Assembly: GCA_965216875.1 (NCBI GenBank) | Contig: OZ244207.1 | Coordinates: 6,496,001 to 6,560,000, forward strand | DNA from: Rubripirellula sp. | GTDB lineage: Bacteria; Planctomycetota; Planctomycetia; Pirellulales; Pirellulaceae | Length of the DNA stretch: 64,000 nucleotides | Direction of reading: 5' to 3' | In this document: in pieces, positions 49,425 through 59,787 of the stretch | Position numbering within the stretch: the first letter of the stretch is position 1 | How the letters are laid out: every line of letters starts with the position of its first letter | Made by a program: the position numbers and the translations under genes | Notes under the pieces: generated by a model | Told to the model about the DNA's origin: nothing | The model's database searches: none | What the model saw: only the letters and a program-made list of their open reading frames with translations

Positions 49425-50708
49425 ATGAACCGAAGGGACGACGACATCACCGCGCCACTGCTTGATCGCTTGCGCAAACTTGAGTGTCCGACCTCGTTTG
49501 CAGATGTGATTGGTGCGATGGAGGCGACCGATGCCATTTCTCCGATGCGCTCGTTCGAACGACTGGAGGAGGCACTGGAGCGTTTCCCAAGATTCATCGG
49601 CGAGTGTGTCCCACGGATTTGGCACTGGGCCGTCGAGGCGTCTTCGGAACTACCGGCCATCCCTTTGCTAGACGAGACAGGCGTCGTGACGTTGACGCAG
49701 CGCGAGTGTTTGATCGTCTTGTCGAACGCTTTTCTTTGTACCTATGCCGGCCGAGTGAGCGACGATTGTCTCAGCGGTGATCGTTTGCCGTCGATCAACT
49801 TCGACGAGCTTTACGGCGGTCATGGTTGGGGGAATGTCGAAGTTGAAAAGCTCATGATGTTGCTTTCGTACTTTGAACAGATGTGCCAGCGCGACGAAGC
49901 TGGTGACGCGCTGGATCGACGAATAGGATTCCATCGGCGACGTGCATCGGAATCGTCTACCGAGAATTGGGGCCAGTGCGAGCAATTGCTGAGACCCGTG
50001 AGCGTTGCCGAGCTTGGTGAATCGCTTGATGACGCCAAGTCGATGTATCGCGTCGATTTCGCGAATCGCATCATCGGTGGAGCGGCGATCGCGTTTGGCA
50101 ACGTGCAAGAAGAAATCATGTTCTGTGAATGCCCAGAAATGATCGTCGCACGATTGTTCTGCCCGGCGATGCGAGACGATGAAGCCATCGTGATCGTAGG
50201 CGCCGAACAATTCACTCAGCATTCAGGCTACGCCGGTTCATTGCGCTACGAAGGGCGTTATCGCGATCAATCCGAAATTTCTGACGGACAGCTTCAGTCT
50301 TACGTTGTCGCGCTCGATGCGCTCGATTTGCGAGGCCGAAATCCACAGAGCCAATACGACTCGTCACTTATCCAGCGGGATCTAACCAAAGCCTGGGCAG
50401 GTTTCGACGAACCGGGCACGCCAGAAGTGGTCGCGACAGGCAACTGGGGATGTGGCGTTTTCGGTGGCGATGCAGAGCTGAAGACTTTGATTCAATGGCT
50501 CGCGTGTAGTCGCGTCGGAAAAGCGATGGCCTACTTTCCGTATGATCATCGTGGCTTGGCTAAACGTCTCGGCCCACTTGCAAACGCACTGATCGAGCAA
50601 AGGGTGACGGTTGGCCAGTTGGCAAGGTTTCTGTTCCAAACGCTCGAGCCAAATGACGTCTTTGATCAAGTCGCCAGAGAATTTGGTATGCAGAATCTTA
50701 ATGGTTGA
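49425..50708 (+). CDS. Poly(ADP-ribose) glycohydrolase, canonical (eukaryote-like) macrodomain type
   Basis: VDFANRIIGGAAIAFGNVQEEIMF..CPE.IVARLF, GAEQFTQHSGY, ALDAL, RDLTKAWAGF, ATGNWGCGVFGGD, LIQWLACS; AGGAG upstream of ATG 49425. Confidence 0.88.
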   Translation: MNRRDDDITAPLLDRLRKLECPTSFADVIGAMEATDAISPMRSFERLEEALERFPRFIGECVPRIWHWAVEASSELPAIPLLDETGVVTLTQRECLIVLSNAFLCTYAGRVSDDCLSGDRLPSINFDELYGGHGWGNVEVEKLMMLLSYFEQMCQRDEAGDALDRRIGFHRRRASESSTENWGQCEQLLRPVSVAELGESLDDAKSMYRVDFANRIIGGAAIAFGNVQEEIMFCECPEMIVARLFCPAMRDDEAIVIVGAEQFTQHSGYAGSLRYEGRYRDQSEISDGQLQSYVVALDALDLRGRNPQSQYDSSLIQRDLTKAWAGFDEPGTPEVVATGNWGCGVFGGDAELKTLIQWLACSRVGKAMAYFPYDHRGLAKRLGPLANALIEQRVTVGQLARFLFQTLEPNDVFDQVAREFGMQNLNG

Positions 50709-50746
50709 TCTAGCTCTAAATGTCACGCACTGTTTCAACAGAAACT

Positions 50747-50846
50747 ACCCTCCCACTTGTGGGAGGGTCGGGCGCTAAAGCCCGGGGAGGGCCGTTTGAG
50801 GTGCCCCTCACCGGGCCTGAGAGCCCGACTCTCCCAAGGGAGAGTG
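50747..50846 (+). repeat. Palindromic repeat family A, diverged copy 3
   Basis: ACCCTCCCACTTGTGGGAGGGTCGG...GAGCCCGACTCTCCCAAGGGAGAGTG with compensatory stem changes. Confidence 0.85.
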
Positions 50847-50877
50847 CCAGTCGGATTCATGGCATTTTGAGCATGAC

Positions 50878-52041
50878 CTACGCGTTTTCGATGAGTGTCA
50901 GGTTGTCTCGGTGGACGACGCTCTCGTAGGGTCGATGACCGAGGATGTCGGCGATCTTGTCACTTGGTTGTCCCAGGATCCGCTCGACTTCCGATGAAGG
51001 GTAGTTGCACAGACCACGGGCGAACTCCTGGCCGCTGGGTCCGCGAAGTGAAACCACACTGCCCTGTTGGAATTGGCCTTCGACGTTGGTGATGCCGATG
51101 GCTAACAGGCTTGAACCCTTTTCGCAGACCGCTTTGGTGGCACCGGCGTCGAGTGTCAAGTTGCCAGCGACTCTTGCGGCACTGCCGATCCAGCGGCGGC
51201 GACCACGAATTGATTTTTCGGGCGCAAGAAAGAGTGTGCCGACATCTTGGCAATCAAAAACTTTGTCGAGGACTTGGTCATCATGTCCCGGCGCGATGAT
51301 CGTCGGATGTCCATGTGAGGTCGCCACGCGGGCTGCCTCCAGTTTGCTTGCCATTCCCCCTTTGCTCATCCCTGACTTTTTGTCGATCGCCAGCGCGGTG
51401 ATGGAATCGTCAATCGATTCGACCAGAGGGATTCGTTTGCTTTGCGGTAATTCGGGTGATCCGTCGTACAACCCGTCAACATCGGAGAGGATGATCAACA
51501 ACGCTCCGCCAAGAAGCCCTGCGACTTGAGCGGCCAGGCGATCGTTGTCGCCAAAGGTGGTCATCAATTCTGAGACGGCGACGGAATCGTTTTCGTTGAC
51601 GATCGCTATTGAGTTGTAGGCGTGGATTTGCGTCAACGCGTTGCGAACGTTCAGGTAGCCGCTGCGTCGCCTCAGGTCTGAAGCGGTCAACAAGACTTGC
51701 GCGGCGTGTCGGCTATGTTTGGCAAAGGCCGTTTCGTAGGCTTGGATCAGATCGGTCTGGCCGACGGCCGCAACCGCTTGCAGTTGGGCGAGTCCCCCCG
51801 GGCGTCGATTGAGTCCTAGTTTGCCCATGCCGGCACCAACAGCACCGCTGCTGACCATCACCGTTTGCCGCCCCGAGTCGGCGATCCGACAAAGTTGGGC
51901 GGCCAGCAAGTCGACGCGCGCGCGATCAAGTTTGCCTTCCGGAGTGGTCAGGACACGCGTGCCCACTTTGACGACGACGCTTTGGGCGTTGTCGATCACC
52001 AAGCGGCGGGGATCGTCACTGGAGGGGGCAGACGCGTTCAT
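50878..52041 (-). CDS. proB: Glutamate 5-kinase
   Basis: VVVKVGT, VSSGAV, NENDSV, FGDND, GGMASKLEAA, C-terminal PUA domain (VVHRDNL). Confidence 0.95.
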   Translation of the reverse strand: MNASAPSSDDPRRLVIDNAQSVVVKVGTRVLTTPEGKLDRARVDLLAAQLCRIADSGRQTVMVSSGAVGAGMGKLGLNRRPGGLAQLQAVAAVGQTDLIQAYETAFAKHSRHAAQVLLTASDLRRRSGYLNVRNALTQIHAYNSIAIVNENDSVAVSELMTTFGDNDRLAAQVAGLLGGALLIILSDVDGLYDGSPELPQSKRIPLVESIDDSITALAIDKKSGMSKGGMASKLEAARVATSHGHPTIIAPGHDDQVLDKVFDCQDVGTLFLAPEKSIRGRRRWIGSAARVAGNLTLDAGATKAVCEKGSSLLAIGITNVEGQFQQGSVVSLRGPSGQEFARGLCNYPSSEVERILGQPSDKIADILGHRPYESVVHRDNLTLIENA

Positions 52042-52376
52042 TTCGATGCTGGCGCGCTCGATTCGAGGTGGTTTACAAAAAAGTTTTTTCAATCTTTTGC
52101 GGCACGATTGCGTTGTCGAGCCGATCAGATTGTCATGGGGAATCGACGAACCTGGAAGGCCATCGTAAATTCAGATACAAGAGAGCAACGCCTGCTCAAA
52201 CGAGTTCGCCCCACTTTGGCGAGGTCGCAAAACCGTCAGTCACGGCTTTCTAGCCTAATTCCCGTGTTTCGGGCAACGTCCTGGAACGACAAAAAGCCGT
52301 CACTCATCGTTTTGCGACTGCACCAAGTACTGCCCCAACCGGCGCAGCAACGACCCCCGAAAATGAATCACTCGTT

Positions 52377-53993
52377 ATGAGCGAAATACATCACGAATGT
52401 GGTGTCGCCGCGATCTACCATCTCTCAGGTCGCGGCCGAAGTCCTATGTGTACCGAGGATGGTCCGCGACAAATCTCGCGGTTGCTTCCCCGCATGCTGC
52501 TGGACATCCAAAACCGCGGACAACTCGCTGCGGGGATGACGACCTACGACCCGGACCGCCCCACCCTGTTGCGCACACGCAAGGACGTTGGCACGGTGAC
52601 CGAAGTCTTTCGGCTCAACCATCGCGCCAAAGCCGAAAACTTGATGCGGCACCTCGCCGGTCGTGCTGCGATCGGACATGTGCGCTATGCAACCTGCGGC
52701 CAAGATGATCGCAGCTACGCACAACCGTTCGAACGCGAACACATTCACAAACGCAAGTGGTTTAGCTTCTGTTTTAACGGCCAGCTTTCCAACTACAGTT
52801 TGTTGAAAGAACGGTTGTTGGCTGATGGCGATCATCACCTTTCGCTCGACACAGATACCGAAATCATCATGCATGAGATCGGTCGTGTGCTTAGCAAAGC
52901 GCCGCGTCGAATGGATTGGATCGAAGTTCTCAAGCAAACCTGCGCCAACTTTGACGGCGCCTACAGCCTTGCCGTGTTGACCGCCGAAGGCGAAATGGTC
53001 GTCGCTCGCGATCCGCTTGGAATGAAGCCGATGTGTTACGTACACGAAGGCCCGCTCTTTGCCGCCGCAAGCGAAAGCGTCGCCCTGTTGAATCTTGGCT
53101 TCGACAACGACCAAATCAAATCGCTTCCTCCCGGGCACGCGATTTTGATCGATCCCAAGAATGGATTGCGCATCGAACGCTTTGCCGAGCCCCAAGATCC
53201 TGCTCACTGCTTTTTCGAGTGGATCTACTTTGCGAACGTCGCCAGTACTTTGGACGATCGCAGCGTCTATCTCAGTCGCACGGCGCTCGGCGTCGAGTTG
53301 GCTCAGGCGGAACGCGAATTCGGACAAGTCGATATCGATCGAGACGACACGATCATCGTGCCTGTTCCCGACACCAGTAAAGCGGCTGCCGACTCGATGG
53401 CTTTCGAGTTGTCGATTCCCTGCCAAGAAGGATTGATCCGCAATCGCTACGCCGGTCGTACATTTATCGAAGGTGGCCGCGCACGCAAAGCCAAGGCAGC
53501 GTCCAAGTACACGCCGCTTCGCGAAGTGCTCGAAGGGAAACGAGTCATCTTGGTCGAGGACTCGATTGTGCGAAGCACAACGATGAATGTGCTTCTCGAT
53601 CGTATTCGTGATGTGGGAGGCGCCAAAGAGATTCACGTTCGCGTTGCCTGTCCCCCGATCATCGCTCCCTGTTTTTACGGGATCGATATGAGCACCATCG
53701 ACCAGTTGATCGCGCCAAAGTACTTCTCGGTACGAGGTGAGCTGACCCCCGAGGCTCAACAGCGACTCGCCGACGATTTGGGCGCCGACACCTTGCGCTA
53801 CCTTCCGGTCGAGGCGATTGCACGCGCGATCGGCAAACCGAGCGAACACTTGTGCCAAGCATGTGTGACCGGAAAGTACCCGACCCAATGCGGCCAGCAT
53901 CTGTATCAGATCGCATTGGACAACCGTGGTTCCAAGGTCGACAGCAAGCGAACGTACGAGCAGCTCGCCGCCGCGATGGCAGGTGAGACCTAG
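52377..53993 (+). CDS. purF: Amidophosphoribosyltransferase
   Basis: [49 protein letters not shown]. Confidence 0.95.
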   Translation: MSEIHHECGVAAIYHLSGRGRSPMCTEDGPRQISRLLPRMLLDIQNRGQLAAGMTTYDPDRPTLLRTRKDVGTVTEVFRLNHRAKAENLMRHLAGRAAIGHVRYATCGQDDRSYAQPFEREHIHKRKWFSFCFNGQLSNYSLLKERLLADGDHHLSLDTDTEIIMHEIGRVLSKAPRRMDWIEVLKQTCANFDGAYSLAVLTAEGEMVVARDPLGMKPMCYVHEGPLFAAASESVALLNLGFDNDQIKSLPPGHAILIDPKNGLRIERFAEPQDPAHCFFEWIYFANVASTLDDRSVYLSRTALGVELAQAEREFGQVDIDRDDTIIVPVPDTSKAAADSMAFELSIPCQEGLIRNRYAGRTFIEGGRARKAKAASKYTPLREVLEGKRVILVEDSIVRSTTMNVLLDRIRDVGGAKEIHVRVACPPIIAPCFYGIDMSTIDQLIAPKYFSVRGELTPEAQQRLADDLGADTLRYLPVEAIARAIGKPSEHLCQACVTGKYPTQCGQHLYQIALDNRGSKVDSKRTYEQLAAAMAGET

Positions 53994-54490
53994 TCATCGC
54001 CGAGAGCATGGTCGGCGAGTTCAGACAACGCTTCAAGGATCATGCGTTCGCAAATCGATTCCGCCTCGTCGCGAGTGTGTTTTCCGCGCTCTAAGTTCTC
54101 AGACCAAGCCGTTTGCAGTCCCTTTCCGTTGACGCAAACGTGAATCTGGTCCTGATGCGATCTCGGTGGGTCCGTTGGTAAAGCGGCAACCAGCGCCAAG
54201 CCATACCAGGCATCGATCTTGCGGTCGTCACTCAGTTTTCGGCACCGGTGGTAGGCAACACTGGCGAGCTGTTTTGCTGTTGGTAATGATGCACTTGGTC
54301 CGGCCGGCGCGCTGCCAAGGTAGTCGTGCATCGATGCACGCGAGTAAGGAACGACGGCTTCAACGAATGTCCGCGATGCACCGGCTTGGGAAAAACAGCG
54401 GCCGATTGCGTTGCAGCCGCCGCCGGACATCACCATCGCAACGGCACAGGGCGATTGACGCAGTTTGTTGTGTAGCGTGTTCCAATCCAT
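53990..54490 (-). CDS. CinA C-terminal-like protein (start MDWNTLH)
   Basis: SGGG...[15 protein letters not shown] resembles the CinA/PncC fold. Confidence 0.6.
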   Translation of the reverse strand: MDWNTLHNKLRQSPCAVAMVMSGGGCNAIGRCFSQAGASRTFVEAVVPYSRASMHDYLGSAPAGPSASLPTAKQLASVAYHRCRKLSDDRKIDAWYGLALVAALPTDPPRSHQDQIHVCVNGKGLQTAWSENLERGKHTRDEAESICERMILEALSELADHALGDD

Positions 54491-54583
54491 GTCGATTGAT
54501 TCTAGTGAACGCGGCCGTGATGGAGGCAATCCAATGGATGCAAATTGCCGTCGCATAGGCAGTAGGCATTCTCGGCCAAGGTC

Positions 54584-55891
54584 CTAGGGCGACGGGATTC
54601 GGCGTAGCGAGCCACGCACGAACCGCATCGGCGTTGCGTCAGCGAGACTTGCGGGCGGATCGGCGACCAATTCGCCAAGTTGTCGGATTTGCAAGTGACC
54701 ATCAACACGGATGTCACGCGCGATCAGGCTGCCGGTCAGAATCAGATGATGGTTGTCGACAAGCGGGTCGAGTCGAAAGTCGTTCGTCGTATAAATCAGT
54801 CCGGTGAGCGACGTCGCATAAACATCGGTCTGGTCGCTATCGGAGTCTGTACCGGCATAGGGCATGATCGGGGGATTGAAGTTCACGCCGCGATCGTCTT
54901 CATCAAGAGTTGCTTCGATGTCGTACAGGTGGATGTTGGAGTCGGTTACCAAGATCGCGTCGGCCGCGCCTGGGTGACGCCAAACAATACCGCCACGAAT
55001 CTCGATATCTGCGGCATTGTAAATCGCAAGGGTGGCTTCGATTCGGGAGTTCTGGATTCGAATATCGAACCCGCCCGCATTGATCCAATAGATTCCGTTG
55101 GGGTCAACACTGCCGTAGGGATTCACGGTCTTTGAAAGTACAACGTCGCGGATGGCGCGGTCGCCGCCCGACCAACCGAGTGCGCCGCGTGGAATTCGCG
55201 TACCTTTCGAAATGTATTCACTGACGATGTCGCTCGTCGGCATGCTGACGGCACTGGTCGCGCGGTCGCCTCGCAGATAGACATAGGATTCGATATTGCC
55301 TGCGCACTCGAGTCGGGGTGCCGTGATGATGCCCCATGAGTTGGTCTTGCAATCATCATGGACTTGAATGCTGCCTTCGGCCGCAATGGTCCCGCCATCT
55401 TCCACTCGAATGTCGTCCGATGCCGTGACGCTGTAGTGCAAGATTTGGAATGGATTGGGGTCCGATTCCAGCGTTGCCACAATCGCAGCTTCGGCACGTC
55501 CCACCGAGGCATGAATGGTGAGGTCGACAGCGTCGGAAAGGTCATCGGCCAAGTTCCCATCGACGTCGACAAATCGATGACGCACCGTGCCTTCGTTCAC
55601 GGAGACACCATCGACCGTGGTGCCGTACCAATTAGTGAACGCGTTGTTGGTTGAATTGTCTCGCCATAGAGAACTCGTTCTCATGCCAGATGCGATTCGA
55701 TGAAGCTCGTTTTCGGCAAGCCGGAGCGCAGATTGCCGCGAGAGTCGATCGTTTTCCGCTCGCAGGTTCGACGTCGACATGGCAAGTGCACCAGCGACCG
55801 CCGTCATGATGATCAACGACGTGAAAAGAACGGCCAAGTAGATGAAGCCGTTGCGGCGCGACGCGTTTGGAGAGGTTCGCAGCGTTCTCAT
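54584..55891 (-). CDS. PilX/GspK-like minor pilin
   Basis: RRNG|FIYLAVLF hydrophobic helix lacking Glu+5; last of four coupled pilin genes. Confidence 0.7.
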   Translation of the reverse strand: MRTLRTSPNASRRNGFIYLAVLFTSLIIMTAVAGALAMSTSNLRAENDRLSRQSALRLAENELHRIASGMRTSSLWRDNSTNNAFTNWYGTTVDGVSVNEGTVRHRFVDVDGNLADDLSDAVDLTIHASVGRAEAAIVATLESDPNPFQILHYSVTASDDIRVEDGGTIAAEGSIQVHDDCKTNSWGIITAPRLECAGNIESYVYLRGDRATSAVSMPTSDIVSEYISKGTRIPRGALGWSGGDRAIRDVVLSKTVNPYGSVDPNGIYWINAGGFDIRIQNSRIEATLAIYNAADIEIRGGIVWRHPGAADAILVTDSNIHLYDIEATLDEDDRGVNFNPPIMPYAGTDSDSDQTDVYATSLTGLIYTTNDFRLDPLVDNHHLILTGSLIARDIRVDGHLQIRQLGELVADPPASLADATPMRFVRGSLRRIPSP

Positions 55892-56502
55892 CAGTCGGCA
55901 TCCGGGTGATTGCGAAGCGGAGCACTAATCGACATCTGTCGCTGTGAATAACGCAGATCCACTTGCCGCCAACGTTCATAGGAAATCGACTCCGGCAAAT
56001 TGGTCGGGACGTTCGACACAATCGCATCGGCCGAGGCTCGCGTTCCGTCTGGGGCGTCGCAATTGACCACGATTCGGCGGAGAGGATCGGAGTCGTCGTT
56101 GCTGGTGACGATCCCGGTGGCGTCGCCGATCGCAGGGGTCACCGTCACCGAGATTGTCCAACCGTCAAAGCCGTCCATCGCTACGCCGTTGCGAAACGTC
56201 GGTGGACTCTGCGTGAAGTTGTGATAGTCGTCGACATCGTCGTACGTGTTGCGATCGGCCGCATCTTCGTCGGATTCAATTCCATAGACGGGCGATTCTC
56301 GGTCCTGGAATTCTGCTGCCGAGATTTCGTCCAGCATCCAGCCAACGATCCACTGTGCATCGCTTGCGGTTCGGTTTTCGGCATCGTTTCGCATCAGGTT
56401 GGCCGAGGCGGTTAGCGAAACCAACAGCACCGTCGAAACCAAGACAAGCGAAACCATGATTTCAATCAACGTGACGCCATCACGCATTTTTGAAGGGATC
56501 AT
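55891..56502 (-). CDS. PilV/GspI-like prepilin (start MIPSK)
   Basis: RDG|VTLIEIMVSLVLV; YDDVDDY; ATGA overlap with the upstream gene. Confidence 0.8.
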   Translation of the reverse strand: MIPSKMRDGVTLIEIMVSLVLVSTVLLVSLTASANLMRNDAENRTASDAQWIVGWMLDEISAAEFQDRESPVYGIESDEDAADRNTYDDVDDYHNFTQSPPTFRNGVAMDGFDGWTISVTVTPAIGDATGIVTSNDDSDPLRRIVVNCDAPDGTRASADAIVSNVPTNLPESISYERWRQVDLRYSQRQMSISAPLRNHPDAD

Positions 56503-57566
56503 TGTTCGACTCCGACGCGGATCCCTGTGTGCAACACATAGCCGTAGTCGTACGCCTGCCACAGGCGCGGCGTTGTTGTGATTTCTGGCGACGGTCCCGT
56601 ACGAACCGCCACTCCCACCGATGTCTGTGAGCTGCCATTGCCACCGGTGACGCGAACAACATCGGTAAAGGATGCGACTCCGAGCGTACCGTTGGGCCAA
56701 GGGTCCCCATCGCCGGCAAAGACTTGCACGTTTAGTTGCCCGGCCAAAAAGCCATCGCGGTCTTCAAGGATGGTTGGATTGAATTGGGGCAGGACGGGCC
56801 AAGCATACGGCGTCGCTGTGTCTCGCCAATCGATCGGTGACGAAGTGTTTGCGTTTTCGATTGCCAGGATCGCCGCTGCGATCGAGGAGGCGGGCGAGAT
56901 ATTGAGCGTTAGCGTTTCGGGGATCGAGCTGTTGTGGATTTGGTAATAGTTGAAGGCTCGCGAGTTAGAGACCGAAAGCGTGCTAATGGTTTGCCAGCCC
57001 GGCGAGTCGACGTCGACTCGGTCGGGTGTTCGAGCGGAAATGCACAGCAAGAGCAAGTCGCCTTCCTGGCAGCTCGGCGGAAGGTCAATGTCGATGGACG
57101 TCGTGATTCCATTGGTCGCCGCGGTGTTGGTTGAGCGAACCCGCGCGAATTGGCTGGACTGTATCAGTGTGGGCGCGGTGTAGCCGTCGACTTGAAACTG
57201 AGACGCTGGGGCCTCGGTGTCGTAGGGAACTGCTGGTCCACTTTCAACTTGACGCGTCAGGCCGTCCGCCGAGGTCTGGTACCAAATGCGTTCGAGCGTA
57301 CCGCTTTCGGGATTGGCTCGCGTGATCTGAAAACCATTGCCGCTGTTTTCATCGACATCCGTTGCATAGCGGAGGTCCGAGGCAAGGCGGTCCGTGATCG
57401 CGCGATCGTGCCAAACCGACGCGTTGTCCGGAGGTGTTTCAAGCAGCCGTGTGCTGATCATGATGGTCGCCGCAAGCGAAGCGACCAGGATTGACGCTGA
57501 AATCAATGCGACGATCAGCTCAATCAGAGTGAATCCATGTCGTGGTTGTTTGCGGAGTCGGTCCAT
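56499..57566 (-). CDS. PilW/GspJ-like prepilin with C-terminal beta domain
   Basis: RHG|FTLIELIVAL class III signal. Confidence 0.8.
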   Translation of the reverse strand: MDRLRKQPRHGFTLIELIVALISASILVASLAATIMISTRLLETPPDNASVWHDRAITDRLASDLRYATDVDENSGNGFQITRANPESGTLERIWYQTSADGLTRQVESGPAVPYDTEAPASQFQVDGYTAPTLIQSSQFARVRSTNTAATNGITTSIDIDLPPSCQEGDLLLLCISARTPDRVDVDSPGWQTISTLSVSNSRAFNYYQIHNSSIPETLTLNISPASSIAAAILAIENANTSSPIDWRDTATPYAWPVLPQFNPTILEDRDGFLAGQLNVQVFAGDGDPWPNGTLGVASFTDVVRVTGGNGSSQTSVGVAVRTGPSPEITTTPRLWQAYDYGYVLHTGIRVGVEQ

Positions 57567-58126
57567 TACAGGCTTGCTCCAAAATCAACTTCGACTTCGC
57601 GCGCTTGCCCAACGCCAACGCCATTGCCTTGGTCTTGGATGATCAATCTGCGCACCGTCGTCGCGCCCGTGCCAGGCGTGATTTCAATTTCGAATGCCGT
57701 CCCGTCAAACGCGAGCACAAGGGATCCGTCAGCCAATGGGGTCGAACCGACGTAGGGGACGCCTTCGAAATTGAACGAAAGCGAAGTGTTCGAATCGAAG
57801 TCTGCGGTGAGCGTGAATGCGGGGTCGTATTCGTCGCGGATCGAAATGTAGATCAGTTCGCCGTGTCGTTCTGGGAAGTCGACTTCGCCACTGCCATAGC
57901 GATGCGACGTGTTGCTGCAGTGAAACGTTGTTGTGCGTGCTTCGTTGACGGCGACGCGACGGATATAGTCGATGTGGGCTGCCGTCTGGCGTGCGGCCAC
58001 TTGCAATTTGGTGCGCCGGATCGAGTCGGTGAAGCGTGGCGCAGCAAGCGCAGCCATCAGCCCAAGAATCAAGATCACGATCGTGACGTCGACCATGGTC
58101 AGGGCGCGGTGGCGGCGAGGCGACAT
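57566..58126 (-). CDS. GspH/FimT-like prepilin (start MSPRRHR)
   Basis: RA|LTMVDVTIVILILGLMAALAAPRF...AARQTAAHIDYIR. Confidence 0.72.
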   Translation of the reverse strand: MSPRRHRALTMVDVTIVILILGLMAALAAPRFTDSIRRTKLQVAARQTAAHIDYIRRVAVNEARTTTFHCSNTSHRYGSGEVDFPERHGELIYISIRDEYDPAFTLTADFDSNTSLSFNFEGVPYVGSTPLADGSLVLAFDGTAFEIEITPGTGATTVRRLIIQDQGNGVGVGQAREVEVDFGASL

Positions 58127-58149
58127 GCGTGCGGGCTCGAGAGCGGTGA

Positions 58150-58181
58150 TGGCATCGCAAAACACGCGTTTTGCGTTACCA
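58150..58181. promoter_or_regulatory. Stem-loop 24 nt upstream of the pilin cluster
   Basis: TGGCATCGCAAAAC-ACGC-GTTTTGCGTTACCA. Confidence 0.45.
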
Positions 58182-58308
58182 AAACCTACGTCATTGCCTT
58201 GTTGCAAACGCAGCACAAGCACGGCGAAGATCGCCGCGATCGAGAGCCTAATCGTTGCAGAGGTTAGGTCTGCTACAACCCGAACTCAATCGCAATGCCA
58301 ATGATTGC

Positions 58309-59271
58309 CTACCATCCCAGGACATAGGCAAAAACCAGCGGCGCCACGATGGAGGCATCGCTTTGGATCATGAATTTGGGGGCTTCTGCCGAGAGTTTCT
58401 GCCAGGTGATTTTCTCGTTGGGGACCGCTCCGCTATAGCCGCCGTAGCTGGTGACCGCATCGCTGACTTGGCAAAAGTAGCTCCAGAGCGGAATCTCTTC
58501 TTTCAGGTCTTGGATCAACATCGGAACGACACAAACAGGAAAGTCGCCCGCGATCCCGCCGCCAATCTGGAAAAAACCGATTGGGTGATCGCTGCTCGTT
58601 TCGCGGTACCAAGAGGCCAAACGCTCCATCTGTTGCGTGCCCGTTGCGATCGCAGAATGGTTGGCGACAGTGCCGTCAATCACGCGCGCGGTAAAGATGT
58701 TTCCGAGCGTCGAATCTTCGAAACCAGGGACAAAGACAGGCACGCCAGCATCTTTGGCGGCGGCAACCCAGCTGTGCTCGCGTGGGATCTGGAAATGCGT
58801 GGCGAGGTCTTCGTCATCGAGAAGGTCGAACATGAAATCCGATGGCATTCGCTGCGATGAGCTGCTCGCGGCTTCCTGCCACAGCTTGGTGACGCGGTGC
58901 TCGATGTGGCGCATCACGGTTTCAGGTATGCAGGTGTCGGTGACTCGATTGAACCCTTGGTCGAGAAGAGCGACTTCATCTTCGGCTGACAGAGCACGCC
59001 AGTTTTCGACGATTCTGTATTCGTCGTGAGCAACCAGATTGAAGAGGTCCTCTTCCAGGTTGGCAGCAGTGCATGTGATCGCGTGGACTTTGCCCGCTCG
59101 GATCATTTCAGCCAGCGAAATGCCGAGCTCGCCGGTACTCATTGCCCCAGCGAGGGTGACCATCATCTTTCCCCCACCCTCAACAAGATCACGGTAGCTA
59201 CGAGCCGCAGCAACCAATTCGCGGGCATTGAAATGTCGAAAGTGAGTATCGAGGAATTCAGAGACGTTCAT
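58309..59271 (-). CDS. Deoxyhypusine synthase-like protein (probable homospermidine synthase)
   Basis: FRHFNA, TLAGAMST, ANLEED, NRVTDTCIPE, GFFQIGGGI, YSGAVPNEKITWQK, SDASIVAPL. Confidence 0.88.
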   Translation of the reverse strand: MNVSEFLDTHFRHFNARELVAAARSYRDLVEGGGKMMVTLAGAMSTGELGISLAEMIRAGKVHAITCTAANLEEDLFNLVAHDEYRIVENWRALSAEDEVALLDQGFNRVTDTCIPETVMRHIEHRVTKLWQEAASSSSQRMPSDFMFDLLDDEDLATHFQIPREHSWVAAAKDAGVPVFVPGFEDSTLGNIFTARVIDGTVANHSAIATGTQQMERLASWYRETSSDHPIGFFQIGGGIAGDFPVCVVPMLIQDLKEEIPLWSYFCQVSDAVTSYGGYSGAVPNEKITWQKLSAEAPKFMIQSDASIVAPLVFAYVLGW

Positions 59272-59452
59272 CGTTTCGCGGCCAAAGAGGATCGGGAGGC
59301 CCAAAATGCTAGCGGATTCCCAGAAAAGGTGTGCAAGACTCATTTTCTCGCCAAGCACTTGCTGAGAATTTCAGCGTCCTTCGACAGGGGACAGGCACCT
59401 AGTGCTGGAGTTACCGTGCCATGAGGTGAAGTGTTTGCCCAGGTTCACGCGT

Positions 59453-59576
59453 GCTCCAACAATCACCCTCCCGCTTGCGGGAGGGTCGGACGCAAAGTCC
59501 GGGGAGGGAATAGCCCTCTCCGGGCCGTGGAGCCCGACTCTCCCAGGGGAGAGTGTTGAAATGCGCAGTTTCGAAG
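59453..59576 (+). repeat. Palindromic repeat family A, copy 4
   Basis: Near-identical to 9786 and 25051. Confidence 0.92.
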
Positions 59577-59787
59577 CCTAGTGGAAGCGAAATTGCAATC
59601 CGCAGCACTAGCAAGGGGACAGGCGGATCAACCCAGGGGACAGGCGCTTGGCATGAACCGGGCATGAACCGGGGACAGGCACCTGTTTACAGCCAGGTCC
59701 ACTTTCGACTTGCCATGGGGACAGGGACTTGCCATGGGGACAGGCACTCATCTAGGGGACAGGCATTTGTGCTACGAATTGCGTTTT

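Noticed and set aside
52100..52376. Purine, ZTP or PRPP riboswitch in the purF leader
   Set aside because: Small hairpins only; no recognisable aptamer consensus. An Rfam scan would settle it.
52425..53900. 491-aa minus-strand ORF
   Set aside because: Antisense shadow of purF, as are other long antisense ORFs (e.g. 8093-9145, 33003-34118).
58285..58300. Minus-strand TGGCATTGCGATTGA as a sigma-54 promoter for the pilins
   Set aside because: The -12 element reads GA rather than GC and it lies just after the DHS stop; too weak.
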